A stretch of DNA of 64,000 bases. Origin: an uncultured Nitrospiraceae bacterium (GTDB lineage: Bacteria > Nitrospirota > Nitrospiria > Nitrospirales > Nitrospiraceae). The notes beneath the pieces were generated by a model, which saw only the letters and a program-made list of their open reading frames with translations, was not told the DNA's origin and made no database searches. The translations under genes and the position numbers were made by a program. The stretch is from positions 704,001-768,000 of the forward strand of contig CAWJWJ010000002.1 of NCBI GenBank assembly GCA_963846575.1, in the 5' to 3' direction. The stretch's first letter is position 1; each line of letters opens with the position of its first letter. This document shows positions 46,958 through 58,242 of this stretch, piece after piece.

Positions 46958-47737
46958 ATGATCGAGTGGGTCGGACGAAAAACCATCGCGGGCTATACCT
47001 ACCTCGCAGCCTTGGGCACACTGGCTTCGCAAGCCTTTCTTGATTTCATTCTTCCGAGGAGGCAGGGGCGTCAGGAGTCTCTGCTAGTCCTGATCAGGCA
47101 GATCTTATTCACAGGGGTGGACGCATTGCCTGTAACGACCGTCATTGCCCTGATGGTCGGCATCATCATCATTACGCAAGCAGGGACGCAGCTTCCGAAG
47201 CTCGGTGCCGGCGGGTTGGTCGGGAGCATCATTGTCGTGGTTGTGGTCCGTGAACTGGGCCCCTTGTTGACGGCGTTCATTGTGGTCGGCCGATCGGGGG
47301 CCGCAATTGCCACCGAACTGGGCAACATGTCGGTGACGCGCGAGGTGGTGGCTCTCCGGCTCATGGGGATTCCGATCAGTCGATTCGTGATCATGCCCCG
47401 CATGGTCGGTATGGTGCTGTCGATGATCTGCCTGACGCTGTATTTTGACGTTGTCGCCGTGCTGGGCGGTTACCTCGTGGCTCATGCGAGGCTGACGATT
47501 CCCTTCTCTGCATTTTTGGCGGGGGTGCTGAAGGCGCTGTCCTCGTCGGATATCGCGTTAACCGTGCTGAAGGGACTACTGTTTGGGGCGGCTGTCGCAG
47601 CCATCTGCTGTCATCATGGGTTGTCTGTCAGGACTTCGTTCACGGAGGTACCGCAGCAGACGACCAGGGCCATGATCAATTCATTCGTGCTCTGTCTACT
47701 GATCGACGTCCTCGTGACGGTACCGCTCTACCTATGA
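46958..47737 (+). CDS. mlaE: MlaE-family ABC permease
   Basis: RELGPLLTAFIVVGRSG.AIATELG.M, PR, VP..TTRA. Confidence 0.9.
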   Translation: MIEWVGRKTIAGYTYLAALGTLASQAFLDFILPRRQGRQESLLVLIRQILFTGVDALPVTTVIALMVGIIIITQAGTQLPKLGAGGLVGSIIVVVVVRELGPLLTAFIVVGRSGAAIATELGNMSVTREVVALRLMGIPISRFVIMPRMVGMVLSMICLTLYFDVVAVLGGYLVAHARLTIPFSAFLAGVLKALSSSDIALTVLKGLLFGAAVAAICCHHGLSVRTSFTEVPQQTTRAMINSFVLCLLIDVLVTVPLYL

Positions 47738-48474
47738 AAGGGATCGTGCTTACCTTCGAGCGGGTCCGGATGCCGCTATTCGGGGTGCCGTATCAACTGG
47801 AGATCGATCTACAGATTCATGCCGGGGAATTCGTGGCCCTCATGGGGCCGAGCCGCGCCGGGAAAAGTGTAATCGTCGAACTCGCGGCGGGGCTTGTCTC
47901 ACCGCAAGCGGGTCGGGTCATTCTGCTCGGCTCTGAGTGGACCGCGGGGATGGACGAGGAGCCGAGTGCCATTCGTCTTCGCTTGGGAACCGTGCTGCAA
48001 CAGCCGGGCTTACTGAGTAACATGACGCTGTTCAACAATGTGGCCTTGCCCCTCCGCTATCACCACACGTCGCTTTCGGAGCGGGACCGTGAACGTGCTG
48101 TCATGACGCAGTTGGAGCAGCTGCATCTGGCTACCATGCGCGATCGTTTTCCCGCTGAGCTCAATGAAGGGGAAGTGCGCAGGGGTGCCATCGCTCGTGC
48201 CTGGATGCTCGACCCGGAGGTGGTATTGCTGGATGATCCCGTGGGAGGACTGGACGCGGAAACCATTCTGACGTTGAAAGCCTATGTGGAAGAACGTCGG
48301 CGTACTCAAGCAGTGACCGTCGTTGCCGCCCTGCGCTCGTTCTCTCCGTTTATTGAACAAGCCGACCGCTTCATACTGGTTCGCGACGGTCGTGTGGAAG
48401 CCGATGGGCCCCGTGCCGCACTGGTCAACACCGTTGGCCCGATGCTCAAAGGATATCTCGGAGAGCATGCATGA
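47734..48474 (+). CDS. mlaF: MlaF-like ABC ATP-binding protein with degenerate motifs
   Basis: GPSRAGKS, NVALPL, FPAELNEGE, LLDDPVGGLD; located between mlaE and mlaD. Confidence 0.8.
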   Translation: MKGIVLTFERVRMPLFGVPYQLEIDLQIHAGEFVALMGPSRAGKSVIVELAAGLVSPQAGRVILLGSEWTAGMDEEPSAIRLRLGTVLQQPGLLSNMTLFNNVALPLRYHHTSLSERDRERAVMTQLEQLHLATMRDRFPAELNEGEVRRGAIARAWMLDPEVVLLDDPVGGLDAETILTLKAYVEERRRTQAVTVVAALRSFSPFIEQADRFILVRDGRVEADGPRAALVNTVGPMLKGYLGEHA

Positions 48475-48510
48475 TGGATCCATGGTTCAGCGAGATGGAG
48501 GGGTGGATTG

Positions 48511-49506
48511 ATGGCTATGCATTATTCACATCGACTGTCCAGCGGACGGCTTGCGCAGATCGTTGGGACATTTGTGTTGATACCCGTGCTCATTCTCGCG
48601 GTGGCCGGCTTCTGGATGTCAAAAACCGAACATCTTTTTGAGCCGACGTATCAACTACGGACCAGTATGAGTAAATCGTACGGTCTGGAACCGGGATCGC
48701 CGGTGCTCGTATCAGGAATCTCAATCGGACGGGTCAAGCAGGTCGATCTCAACGATCGGGGCACGGTCGATCTGCAATTGCAGCTCTTAACCCGGTATCA
48801 GGACATGGTGAAGGACAATTCGGAGTTGCGTGTGACCAAGAGCGGCGTCGTGATGGGACAGACACAGGTTGAGATCGGAATGGGCACCATCGGCAGTCCG
48901 ATCCTGACCGAGGGAGCGACGATTCGCGCCGTCGAGCCGAGAGACATCGGAGATCTCATCAATGAAATCGAGCCCGTTCTCGTGTCGGTGAAACAAACGC
49001 TTTTGCGGGTCGAAACCATTACCCGGGATTTGCAGGGCGGACTCAAAGCCGGAAGCAAAGCGCTGGAGCAGGTGGCGGTGGCCATGCAAGACCTGCCGGC
49101 CGTCGTCGCCTCGGTGCAGCGCACAGTTGCCTCGATCGAAAAAACGGCTGGTACACTTCCCGCCATGACCGGCTCCATTCAGCGAACGTTAGGAGTCGTG
49201 GATCGGGTCACGACGGACGTACAACACACCACCGATAAACTGCCGGCCATCCTGAACAGCGCACAATCCACATTGAGCAGCGTCAAACGGCTTTCAGACT
49301 CCGCAGGCGAACTCAGCCAGGAGCTGGCTTCCGTCATTCAGACTGCTCACAGTACGCTGACGGATGTGTCAATCCTGGTGCGCGGCGCGAAACAGACGTT
49401 TCCCTTTAATCGCTTTGCGCAGAATGCCGGACCGGCGCCGACGCATCATGCGGACGGTGTTCCACCCGGTTCACAGAGTCTGCGTGGAGACCAACTTTCA
49501 CGATGA
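48511..49506 (+). CDS. mlaD: MlaD/MCE-domain protein with long helical extension
   Basis: N-terminal TM, GLEPGSPVLVSGISIGRVK MCE motif, coiled-coil tail. Confidence 0.87.
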   Translation: MAMHYSHRLSSGRLAQIVGTFVLIPVLILAVAGFWMSKTEHLFEPTYQLRTSMSKSYGLEPGSPVLVSGISIGRVKQVDLNDRGTVDLQLQLLTRYQDMVKDNSELRVTKSGVVMGQTQVEIGMGTIGSPILTEGATIRAVEPRDIGDLINEIEPVLVSVKQTLLRVETITRDLQGGLKAGSKALEQVAVAMQDLPAVVASVQRTVASIEKTAGTLPAMTGSIQRTLGVVDRVTTDVQHTTDKLPAILNSAQSTLSSVKRLSDSAGELSQELASVIQTAHSTLTDVSILVRGAKQTFPFNRFAQNAGPAPTHHADGVPPGSQSLRGDQLSR

Positions 49507-50459
49507 ACGTGCTGGTACGCAAGCTTCTTCCGGGGGTCTTCGCGATGGCAGAGATCGTCTGGCTGGGTTGCGCGCGACCGGTGCCACCTGCTCCGGAACC
49601 TGTTTCAGGACCATTGATTGCTCAGATGGATTCGTTCTTGATGCAGGGTGGTCGCTGGCTAGCTCGAGACGAATTGGTCCGCGCGGAAGAAGCCTACGAG
49701 ATGGCGCGTCAGAAGGCGGAGGGGCTCGATGATGCGAAGGGGCTTATCGCGTCGCTTCATGGTCTCGGGCAGGTCGCATTCCGTCAAAGGGATACGTCTC
49801 GGGCCGTTCGTTTTCATGGCCGGGCCGTCGGGCTGGCCATGAAACTCGGGGACGCCGGCCTTCTGCTCGAAAGCCTGACTGCGTTGGGGGCCGCCGAGCA
49901 TCAAGCGGGGCATGTCCGGCAGGCCGAGGACCTCTATCGGCGGGCTCTGGAAGTTTCTCAGCAGCGAAAGGATCGGTCGGCGGAAGCGGTCCTGCTAAAT
50001 AACCTTGGTCTGGTGCGGCAGTCGATGGGTGAGGATACGCAGGCTGAACAATTGTTCCATGAGGCGCTGGCCGTGAACCAGGCGATGGGGAACGGGGCCT
50101 CCGAGGCCAGTAACCATGTCAATCTTGGACTCCTGGCAGAAGCTCGCCAGCAGTACGATGTGGCAGAACGGGAATACGAGCGAGCTTTGGAACTGGACAA
50201 GGACGGAGAACGCCGAAATGAGATCGCGGCCGATCTGTATCGACTGGGTGGAATAAATGATCGTCGGGGCGTTCCCCATCGTGCGCTCGGTTATTTCGAG
50301 AGGGCTTATCGAAGTTACTTGGCGCAGGGGAATATGCCCCTCGCGGTCAGGGCCCTGACCCATGCCGTCGAATCTGCCGGCAAGTCACAACTGGGGGAGG
50401 AACTGGCGCGATTACAGAATGAATTGGCTGTGCTGAAGGAGGCTCAGGGAAAACGATAG
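49503..50459 (+). CDS. TPR-repeat lipoprotein
   Basis: Lipobox WLGC; TPR repeats (LNNLG, NLG, LYRLG); overlaps the mlaD stop. Confidence 0.82.
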   Translation: MNVLVRKLLPGVFAMAEIVWLGCARPVPPAPEPVSGPLIAQMDSFLMQGGRWLARDELVRAEEAYEMARQKAEGLDDAKGLIASLHGLGQVAFRQRDTSRAVRFHGRAVGLAMKLGDAGLLLESLTALGAAEHQAGHVRQAEDLYRRALEVSQQRKDRSAEAVLLNNLGLVRQSMGEDTQAEQLFHEALAVNQAMGNGASEASNHVNLGLLAEARQQYDVAEREYERALELDKDGERRNEIAADLYRLGGINDRRGVPHRALGYFERAYRSYLAQGNMPLAVRALTHAVESAGKSQLGEELARLQNELAVLKEAQGKR

Positions 50460-50473
50460 CATCGCAGCCCGGC

Positions 50474-52786
50474 TTACTTAATGGCGACGGCTTTCACCTC
50501 CTTATAGGTCGTATGTCCCTGCAATACCTTATGGATGCCGTCCTGGACAAGGGTGGTCATTCCCTCAGACATACCCATATGTACCATTTCATCAGTTTTG
50601 GCCTTGTTCTGGATTAGGCGTTTCATATTGTCGGTTCCCAACAGGAGTTCATGAAGGGCGACGCGCCCTTTCAGGCCCGTACGGTTGCACGTATCGCACC
50701 CCTTGCCTCGGTAGAGCCGGAAGTTGTGGTCGTAGACAAGGCCGAGTGCATCCCACTGTTGATGACCGTACCCCTGCCGCAGTTCCTCAAACTCTTCTTT
50801 CGAGGGAGGATAGGCCTCCCGGCACTCTTTACAGATCCGTCGAGCCAACCGTTGCGCCAGAACGCCCAGCATGGCGTCGGCAAAACTGAACGAGTCGCAA
50901 CCCATGTCCAATAGGCGTGTGATGGTTTCCACCGCGCTATTGGTGTGTAATGTGCTCAGCACAAGGTGCCCGGTCAGCGATGCTTCAATTCCCGTATCCG
51001 CGGTTTCCTTATCCCGCATTTCGCCGACCATGATGACATCCGGGTCGGCACGAAGAAATGCGCGCATGGCTGCGGCGAATGTGAAGCCGATTTTGGCATG
51101 GACCTGCACTTGACGGAGTCCATATTGAGTGATTTCTACTGGGTCTTCCGCCGTCCAGATTTTGATATCCGGGGTATTGATGTGACCGAGCACGGAGTGA
51201 AGCGTCGTCGTTTTTCCTGATCCGGTTGGGCCCACGCAGAGGATGATGCCATACGGCTTTTCGGCAATACTTTTGATCTCGCGCAGGTTTCGGTCGGAAA
51301 AGCCCATCTTGTCGAGAGGCAAAGGCTCGCTGGCGGCGAGAATACGCATGACCACGTCTTCGTTGTATCCCGCGGTCGGAATCGTGGCGACACGTAGTTC
51401 AATCTCCTTATTCTCGCCGATCTTGAACTTGATCTTTCCATCCTGGGGCTTCCGCCGTTCCGCGATATCAAGGCTTGCCATGATCTTGAGGCGGGACACG
51501 ATGGCCCGACGGTAACTCGGCGGAATTTTCATGTACTCGAAACAATCACCGTCGACCCGAAACCGAACCAGCGTGTCACGCTTCTCGCCGTAAGGTTCGA
51601 TATGGATATCGGAGGTGCCTTGCCGGAACGCATCGGCGATAATCTGGTTGGCGAGACGCACGATGGCGTTGTCATTTTCGTCCAACCCTGAACCGGCGGC
51701 GTCCTCCTGGGCTTCGAGTTGAGCCTCGTTGACCAATTCTCCAAGAATGTCCGAAACATTCTCGTTCATCTTGGTCGTCACGTCCGGTGTGCCGGTCGTA
51801 GTCGAGAGAAAGAGCGTGATATCGCGGCGGAGGCTGACCGCAAAGCGGATATTCAATCCCGGGAAGGTGCGCTTGATGTCTTGAACCCGATCCATGTCGC
51901 CCGGATCATCGGTCAGGATTTCAATCGCAGCGCGATCCCGCTTGAGCGGCATCCAGTGATTTTTTTTCAAGTAATCGACGTTCAGATTTTTGAGTAACTC
52001 GATGTCGACGATCGTGCGCTCGCTGTACTCTATGTAGGGGCACTTGTGGAATTGAGCCAGTGACTTGCCAAGATCGGCTTTGGGAATTTTATACTTTTCG
52101 ATCAGGACCGACTCAATGTCGCCGGTGCCCTTTTTGGATTCTGCGAGGGCGTTGTCCAAATCGCTTTGTGAGATCTTGCCGCTCGTCAGCAGGATATCGA
52201 ACTTGGAAGGGGGTTTTTTGGATGTTTTTCGAAGACCATAAAATGCGGTTCCCAGCGATTTGGCGATTTCCGCCACGCTCTCTTCGTCCTTGCGTGTGAA
52301 ACGTCCTCCGCTCTTTTTGTTCAGCAGTTGGATCACACCCATCAGGTATTTGTTGTCGGCGACGACCGGATAGGTGAGGACCTGCTTGGTCTTAAATCCG
52401 GTGTCTTTGTCGTACCTGGCATCGTGAGTCAGGGAAGGATGTACGGCGACGAGTTCAGCCTGATTGTACGCGTCACCCACGTTGACCGGGCGAAGGTATT
52501 TAGCGCAGAAGCCTGCGAGGCTCAATTCGGTAATCGGGGTTCGAACCTCCTGGATGGTATCGAGATGCGGAATCTTGGAGAAGATTTCCTTCTTTTCGGA
52601 ATCGACTACGAAGAGCGTCAGATCCTCGGCATCGAAACAACTCAGAATTCCATGTCGCAGATCCAGCAGTATCTGATCGATGTCGCTCGCTGCGAGGATT
52701 TGTGTGCTGATGCGTTTGATGTTTTCCGCGGACCCGGACTTGAGGAGACTGTCGCCTAATCCGGGTAGCGGGGCTTTGGACTGCAT
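50474..52786 (-). CDS. pilB: GspE/PilB-family secretion ATPase with N-terminal GAF domain
   Basis: GAF (QLLNK..G.F...DE), SDIHIEP, ERRKPQDG, GPTGSGKTTTL, EDPVE, DPDVIMVGEMRD, CxxC...CxxC. Confidence 0.9.
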   Translation of the reverse strand: MQSKAPLPGLGDSLLKSGSAENIKRISTQILAASDIDQILLDLRHGILSCFDAEDLTLFVVDSEKKEIFSKIPHLDTIQEVRTPITELSLAGFCAKYLRPVNVGDAYNQAELVAVHPSLTHDARYDKDTGFKTKQVLTYPVVADNKYLMGVIQLLNKKSGGRFTRKDEESVAEIAKSLGTAFYGLRKTSKKPPSKFDILLTSGKISQSDLDNALAESKKGTGDIESVLIEKYKIPKADLGKSLAQFHKCPYIEYSERTIVDIELLKNLNVDYLKKNHWMPLKRDRAAIEILTDDPGDMDRVQDIKRTFPGLNIRFAVSLRRDITLFLSTTTGTPDVTTKMNENVSDILGELVNEAQLEAQEDAAGSGLDENDNAIVRLANQIIADAFRQGTSDIHIEPYGEKRDTLVRFRVDGDCFEYMKIPPSYRRAIVSRLKIMASLDIAERRKPQDGKIKFKIGENKEIELRVATIPTAGYNEDVVMRILAASEPLPLDKMGFSDRNLREIKSIAEKPYGIILCVGPTGSGKTTTLHSVLGHINTPDIKIWTAEDPVEITQYGLRQVQVHAKIGFTFAAAMRAFLRADPDVIMVGEMRDKETADTGIEASLTGHLVLSTLHTNSAVETITRLLDMGCDSFSFADAMLGVLAQRLARRICKECREAYPPSKEEFEELRQGYGHQQWDALGLVYDHNFRLYRGKGCDTCNRTGLKGRVALHELLLGTDNMKRLIQNKAKTDEMVHMGMSEGMTTLVQDGIHKVLQGHTTYKEVKAVAIK

Positions 52787-53030
52787 GGGACTATCTCCAG
52801 ACGGATCGAACGAGGCGCTGCATGGTGTCGATCAGCAGTTGGATGCTGAGCCTGGAAACCTTTATGGGGACGGGGTTCTTGGCCGGACGTCTCCCCGTGA
52901 GTCAGTGTATCCGAATGCGACGTCAAGGCAAGCAAAAGGTCTTTTCACGAAGCTGGTTTCCGCCTGACTCTCAGGTGCGTGTACGTCTCGGGGGGCAATC
53001 AGGATGTGCGGGGGGAAGAATGAAGCGTTG

Positions 53031-54737
53031 TTAGGTGGCCGTGGCGAGCCAGGACGATAGGGTCGTGAGAACCTGGTCGGGAGATACTTTTGTGGTTTCG
53101 CCCGTCTGCCGACGCTTGAGCTCAACCTGGCCCTGCGCGAGACCCTTGTCGCCAATGACCAGGTGATAAGGTGCACCAATCAGATCGGCGTCGTTAAACT
53201 TGACCCCAGCCCGTTCATCCCGATCATCCCACAGTACTTCGATCCCGGCGTCCTGCAAAGTGGCATACAGGGTTTCAGCCAATTGCGCTACCGCTTGAGA
53301 TTGACTCAGCGGGAGGAGGGTGACATGAAACGGAGCGATGGGAAGAGGCCATTTAATCCCCTTGGCATCGTGGTTTTGTTCGACTGAGGCCGCGGCGGTC
53401 CGGCTCACCCCGATTCCATAACAGCCCATCACGGCCAGTTGCTCCTGTCCCTGCGCATCCAAGAAAGTCGCCTTCATGGCTTGGCTGTATTTCGTGCCCA
53501 GCATGAACACATGGCCGACTTCGATGCCTTTGGCGGTTTTCAGAGTACCGTCTTTTCGCGGCGAGGGATCGCCGGCTTGCGCATTACGGAGATCGGCAAA
53601 TTGCTCGACGCTGAAATCACGCTCCCAGTTGGCATCCACGATATGCATATCGGCTTTGTTGGCGCCGACCACGAAGTTGACCATGGCCTTCACGGCCCAG
53701 TCAGCGAGGATGCGGATGTTTTGCAGACCGATTGGGCCCACATAGCCGGCCGGGGCGCCGGTGAGCTCAGGAATCAACTCGGGCTTCACGAGCTCAAGAT
53801 CGGTGGCGCCCACCAGCCGTTTGACTTTGATTTCATTCACCTCATGATCGCCCCGGATTAGGACTGCCACGACCTCTTTGCCCGTGTTGTACAGGAGCAT
53901 TTTGACGAGTCGACCTGGCGTAATTTTGAGAAAGGTCGTCACTTCTTCAACAGTCCGTCGTCCCGGCGTGGCCACTGGGGTCATAGGCCGGGGACTGTCG
54001 GATTCTTGTATGTCCGGGGGGACCGCTTCAGCACGTTCGACGTTAGCGGCGTAACTGCCGGTTTCGCTGTAGAGGATGGTCTCTTCTCCGGTGTCAGCCA
54101 ACACCATGAATTCATGTGAGGAGGTGCCTCCGATCAAGCCCGTATCAGCCTCAACAGGTCGAAAGGTGAGCCCGCAACGCGTGAAAATGCGAGTGTAGGC
54201 ATCGTACATCTTTTGATAGTTTAGCCTTGCTCCGGCCTCGTCTCTGTCGAAGCTATACGCGTCCTTCATGATAAATTCACGACCGCGCATCAGCCCGAAC
54301 CGCGGACGGATTTCGTCGCGGAATTTCGTTTGGATCTGATAGAAATTCAGCGGCATCTGTCGATACGACCGGACTTCCCGCCGGAATAGATCGGTGATTA
54401 CCTCTTCGTGGGTTGGTCCGAGGCAGAAGTCTCGTTCGTGTCGGTCCTTAAACCGGAGTAACTCTTTGCCATAAAAATCCCAACGTCCCGTTTCACGCCA
54501 CAGCTCGGCCGGGGAAGCCACCGGCATCAGGAGCTCTTGGGCTCCGGCCCGGTTCATTTCCTCACGCACGATGCGCTCGATTTTTCGAAGGACTCGGAGG
54601 CCCAGCGGGAGGTAAATGTAGATACCGGCTGCTACTTTGCGGATCATGCCGGCGCGAAGCATCAGGCGATGGCTGACGGTTTCAGCCTCGCCTGGATCTT
54701 CGCGCAAAGTGGGAATAAGGGTCTGAGAGACGCGCAT
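53031..54737 (-). CDS. proS: proline--tRNA ligase
   Basis: LGPTHEE, FRDEIRPRFG, editing (INS) domain, GIEVGH, MGCYGIG, anticodon-binding domain. Confidence 0.97.
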   Translation of the reverse strand: MRVSQTLIPTLREDPGEAETVSHRLMLRAGMIRKVAAGIYIYLPLGLRVLRKIERIVREEMNRAGAQELLMPVASPAELWRETGRWDFYGKELLRFKDRHERDFCLGPTHEEVITDLFRREVRSYRQMPLNFYQIQTKFRDEIRPRFGLMRGREFIMKDAYSFDRDEAGARLNYQKMYDAYTRIFTRCGLTFRPVEADTGLIGGTSSHEFMVLADTGEETILYSETGSYAANVERAEAVPPDIQESDSPRPMTPVATPGRRTVEEVTTFLKITPGRLVKMLLYNTGKEVVAVLIRGDHEVNEIKVKRLVGATDLELVKPELIPELTGAPAGYVGPIGLQNIRILADWAVKAMVNFVVGANKADMHIVDANWERDFSVEQFADLRNAQAGDPSPRKDGTLKTAKGIEVGHVFMLGTKYSQAMKATFLDAQGQEQLAVMGCYGIGVSRTAAASVEQNHDAKGIKWPLPIAPFHVTLLPLSQSQAVAQLAETLYATLQDAGIEVLWDDRDERAGVKFNDADLIGAPYHLVIGDKGLAQGQVELKRRQTGETTKVSPDQVLTTLSSWLATAT

Positions 54738-54741
54738 GCGG

Positions 54742-56133
54742 TTACGGAGAGATCAATCGCTCGATGTCGTTCCAAAAGGCAAAGATCATGATGCCGACGA
54801 GCAAAACCAAGCCCACCTGTTGGGCCAGTTCGCGCTGCCGGTCTTCCAAGGGTTTTCGACGGACGGCTTCAATGAAAAAGAAGAGCAAATGGCCTCCATC
54901 CAGGATCGGGATGGGCAATAGGTTGAGCACACCCAGATTGATGCTCAGCATAGCCATCAGAAATACTAAACTGGAGGTCCCTTGTTCTGCCGCATCTCCC
55001 GCTGTTTTGGCGATCGTGAGAGGGCCTCCTATGTTTTTGCGGGAGATCTCTCCGGTGATGATCTTATAAATCCCCACCACCGTCAGTTCGGTCCACCCCC
55101 AGGTGGCTTTTGCTCCAAGCCAGGGCGCCTTCAGGGGATCATTGGTTTGCAGAATCGTTTGATTCTGAGCGGAAATGCCGATCTTACCGATTTCCACCGC
55201 CTTCCCGTCCAGCGTGGCTTTTTCACCCAAAGGAGTCACCGAAAGTGATCGGGCCGCGCCGCTTCGCTGCACATCGAACTGTAGTGGCTTATTAGGACTT
55301 TCCCGTACGAGCGACGTCATCTGTGACCACGTGAAGATATCGTGCCCGTCGATGCGGACGACCCGGTCTCCCGCCTCGAGGCCGGCGGCTTGTGCACGGG
55401 ATCCTGGGATTACCGCTGTAATGATGGGGGCCCGCTCCTCAATGCCAAGTTGGTAAATGGTCACGGCTTTGCCGTTGTCTTGCAGTGTGGTTTTGGCAGG
55501 CGTAACCAGTGCCGTCTTGATTTGTTCTCCGCGCGTAAGGTCCAAGGTCAGCTGTTTGCCGTTGCTTTGTGAGATGTATTTCAGCAACTCAGCACTCGTC
55601 GAGATTTCTTTGTCGTTGACGCGAAGGATGCGATCGCCTGGCTTCAATCCTGCCTGGTCGGCCGGGGATCCCGGCAAGACGGCTTCGACTTCTGGAATGA
55701 TGTCTTTGAAACTTGGCACCGGAAGGGTATATCCCAGGCCGATGTAGACCGTGTAAATGAAGTAGGCCAGAATAAAATTGAAAATCGGTCCCGCGGCCAC
55801 AACCAGCGTCTTCCCCCACAGTGACTGATGGGCGAATGCGCGCTTTTTATCTTCCGGTGTGATGGTTTCGTGTTCGTCCTCGCCAAACAGCTTGACGTAT
55901 CCTCCCAGCGGCACCGCGGACAATAAATATTCGGTTTCACCGATCTGTCGTCCGAAAATCTTCGGTCCGAACCCCAGGGAAAATTTCAAGACCTTGACCC
56001 CAACCCACCGGGCGGCCAGAAAGTGCCCCATTTCGTGGAAGGCGACGAGGACGCCCAGCACCACCAGGAACGGAAGCGCCCAGTGGGTCAGAAGGGAGAC
56101 AAAATCAGGTGACCAGGCAAAGGCTGTTCCCAC
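54742..56133 (-). CDS. rseP: RIP metalloprotease RseP
   Basis: HEMGH, PLGGYV, AGP..N, two PDZ domains, NLLPIPILDGG. Confidence 0.95.
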   Translation of the reverse strand: MGTAFAWSPDFVSLLTHWALPFLVVLGVLVAFHEMGHFLAARWVGVKVLKFSLGFGPKIFGRQIGETEYLLSAVPLGGYVKLFGEDEHETITPEDKKRAFAHQSLWGKTLVVAAGPIFNFILAYFIYTVYIGLGYTLPVPSFKDIIPEVEAVLPGSPADQAGLKPGDRILRVNDKEISTSAELLKYISQSNGKQLTLDLTRGEQIKTALVTPAKTTLQDNGKAVTIYQLGIEERAPIITAVIPGSRAQAAGLEAGDRVVRIDGHDIFTWSQMTSLVRESPNKPLQFDVQRSGAARSLSVTPLGEKATLDGKAVEIGKIGISAQNQTILQTNDPLKAPWLGAKATWGWTELTVVGIYKIITGEISRKNIGGPLTIAKTAGDAAEQGTSSLVFLMAMLSINLGVLNLLPIPILDGGHLLFFFIEAVRRKPLEDRQRELAQQVGLVLLVGIMIFAFWNDIERLISP

Positions 56134-56157
56134 AACACACTCCTTGGGTTCAGAATA

Positions 56158-57318
<1,161 letters not shown>

Positions 57319-57350
57319 GGCGAACTCCAGCGCTGACGGTCGGTCATCCG

Positions 57351-58199
57351 TTACAGATTATTGGTGATACTGACATAGTAGTAGAAGGCTGGACCCGTGA
57401 ACAAGAGACTATCCAATCGATCAAGCATGCCACCGTGTCCTGGAATCAGCGCGCCGGAGTCTTTGATGCCGGCATTTCGTTTGATGGCCGATTCCGTCAA
57501 ATCGCCGAGCAGTCCCGTCATCGTGAGCAGGATGCCCAACATTACGCAATCCCACAGAGAGAACGTCGGGAGAAACCAGGCACGCGCCACTACGGCCATG
57601 ATGCAGGCGAGGACGAGGCCGCCGGCCAGGCCTTCATAGGTTTTTTTGGGGCTGATGACCGGCGCGAGCGGGCGCCGTCCCAATGACTTTCCGGCGATAT
57701 AGGCGCCAGTATCCCCCGCCCAGGTCACGAGCACTACGAAGAAGATCAGCAGCGCTCCCTCAGTCATTCCTCTGATCAGCAGGAGGTAGCCGAGTGCCAA
57801 TCCCACATAGGCAACGCCCATTATCAATACGAGGCCGTCCGTGAATGCACTGACGAGCGGTTTTTTTGACAACAGCGGCAAGCCGAGTGCGATGACTACG
57901 GTGCCCATTAACACGGCGCGGTCTGAAATCAGAGCGGGCCACTGAGTACTCCCGAGCAATAGGGCGGTGCTTGCCACACCTGCCCAACCCCACCAGGGCC
58001 ACGATGTCTGGCCGAGATGAAGCCGATAAAATTCTCCCACCGCCAGCAGCCCGGCAAGGGTGACCAACCCGAAGAATGCGACGGGTCCGAGATCGTGTAC
58101 CAGAACATAGAAAAACGGAATAAACACGACGGCCGCGAGAACACGGCGTACGGCTTCCGATGAGGAGCGTGGCCGTTCGGCATCCGAGGGTCTCGGCAT
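57351..58199 (-). CDS. cdsA: phosphatidate cytidylyltransferase
   Basis: DTGAY, ISPKKT.EG, GDL.ES.IKR..GIKDSG..IPGHGG.LDR.DS. Confidence 0.95.
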   Translation of the reverse strand: MPRPSDAERPRSSSEAVRRVLAAVVFIPFFYVLVHDLGPVAFFGLVTLAGLLAVGEFYRLHLGQTSWPWWGWAGVASTALLLGSTQWPALISDRAVLMGTVVIALGLPLLSKKPLVSAFTDGLVLIMGVAYVGLALGYLLLIRGMTEGALLIFFVVLVTWAGDTGAYIAGKSLGRRPLAPVISPKKTYEGLAGGLVLACIMAVVARAWFLPTFSLWDCVMLGILLTMTGLLGDLTESAIKRNAGIKDSGALIPGHGGMLDRLDSLLFTGPAFYYYVSITNNL

Positions 58200-58242
58200 C
58201 CTGTCCTCGCACTGGATAGCTCCTGGTTTCACCACGAAGAGA

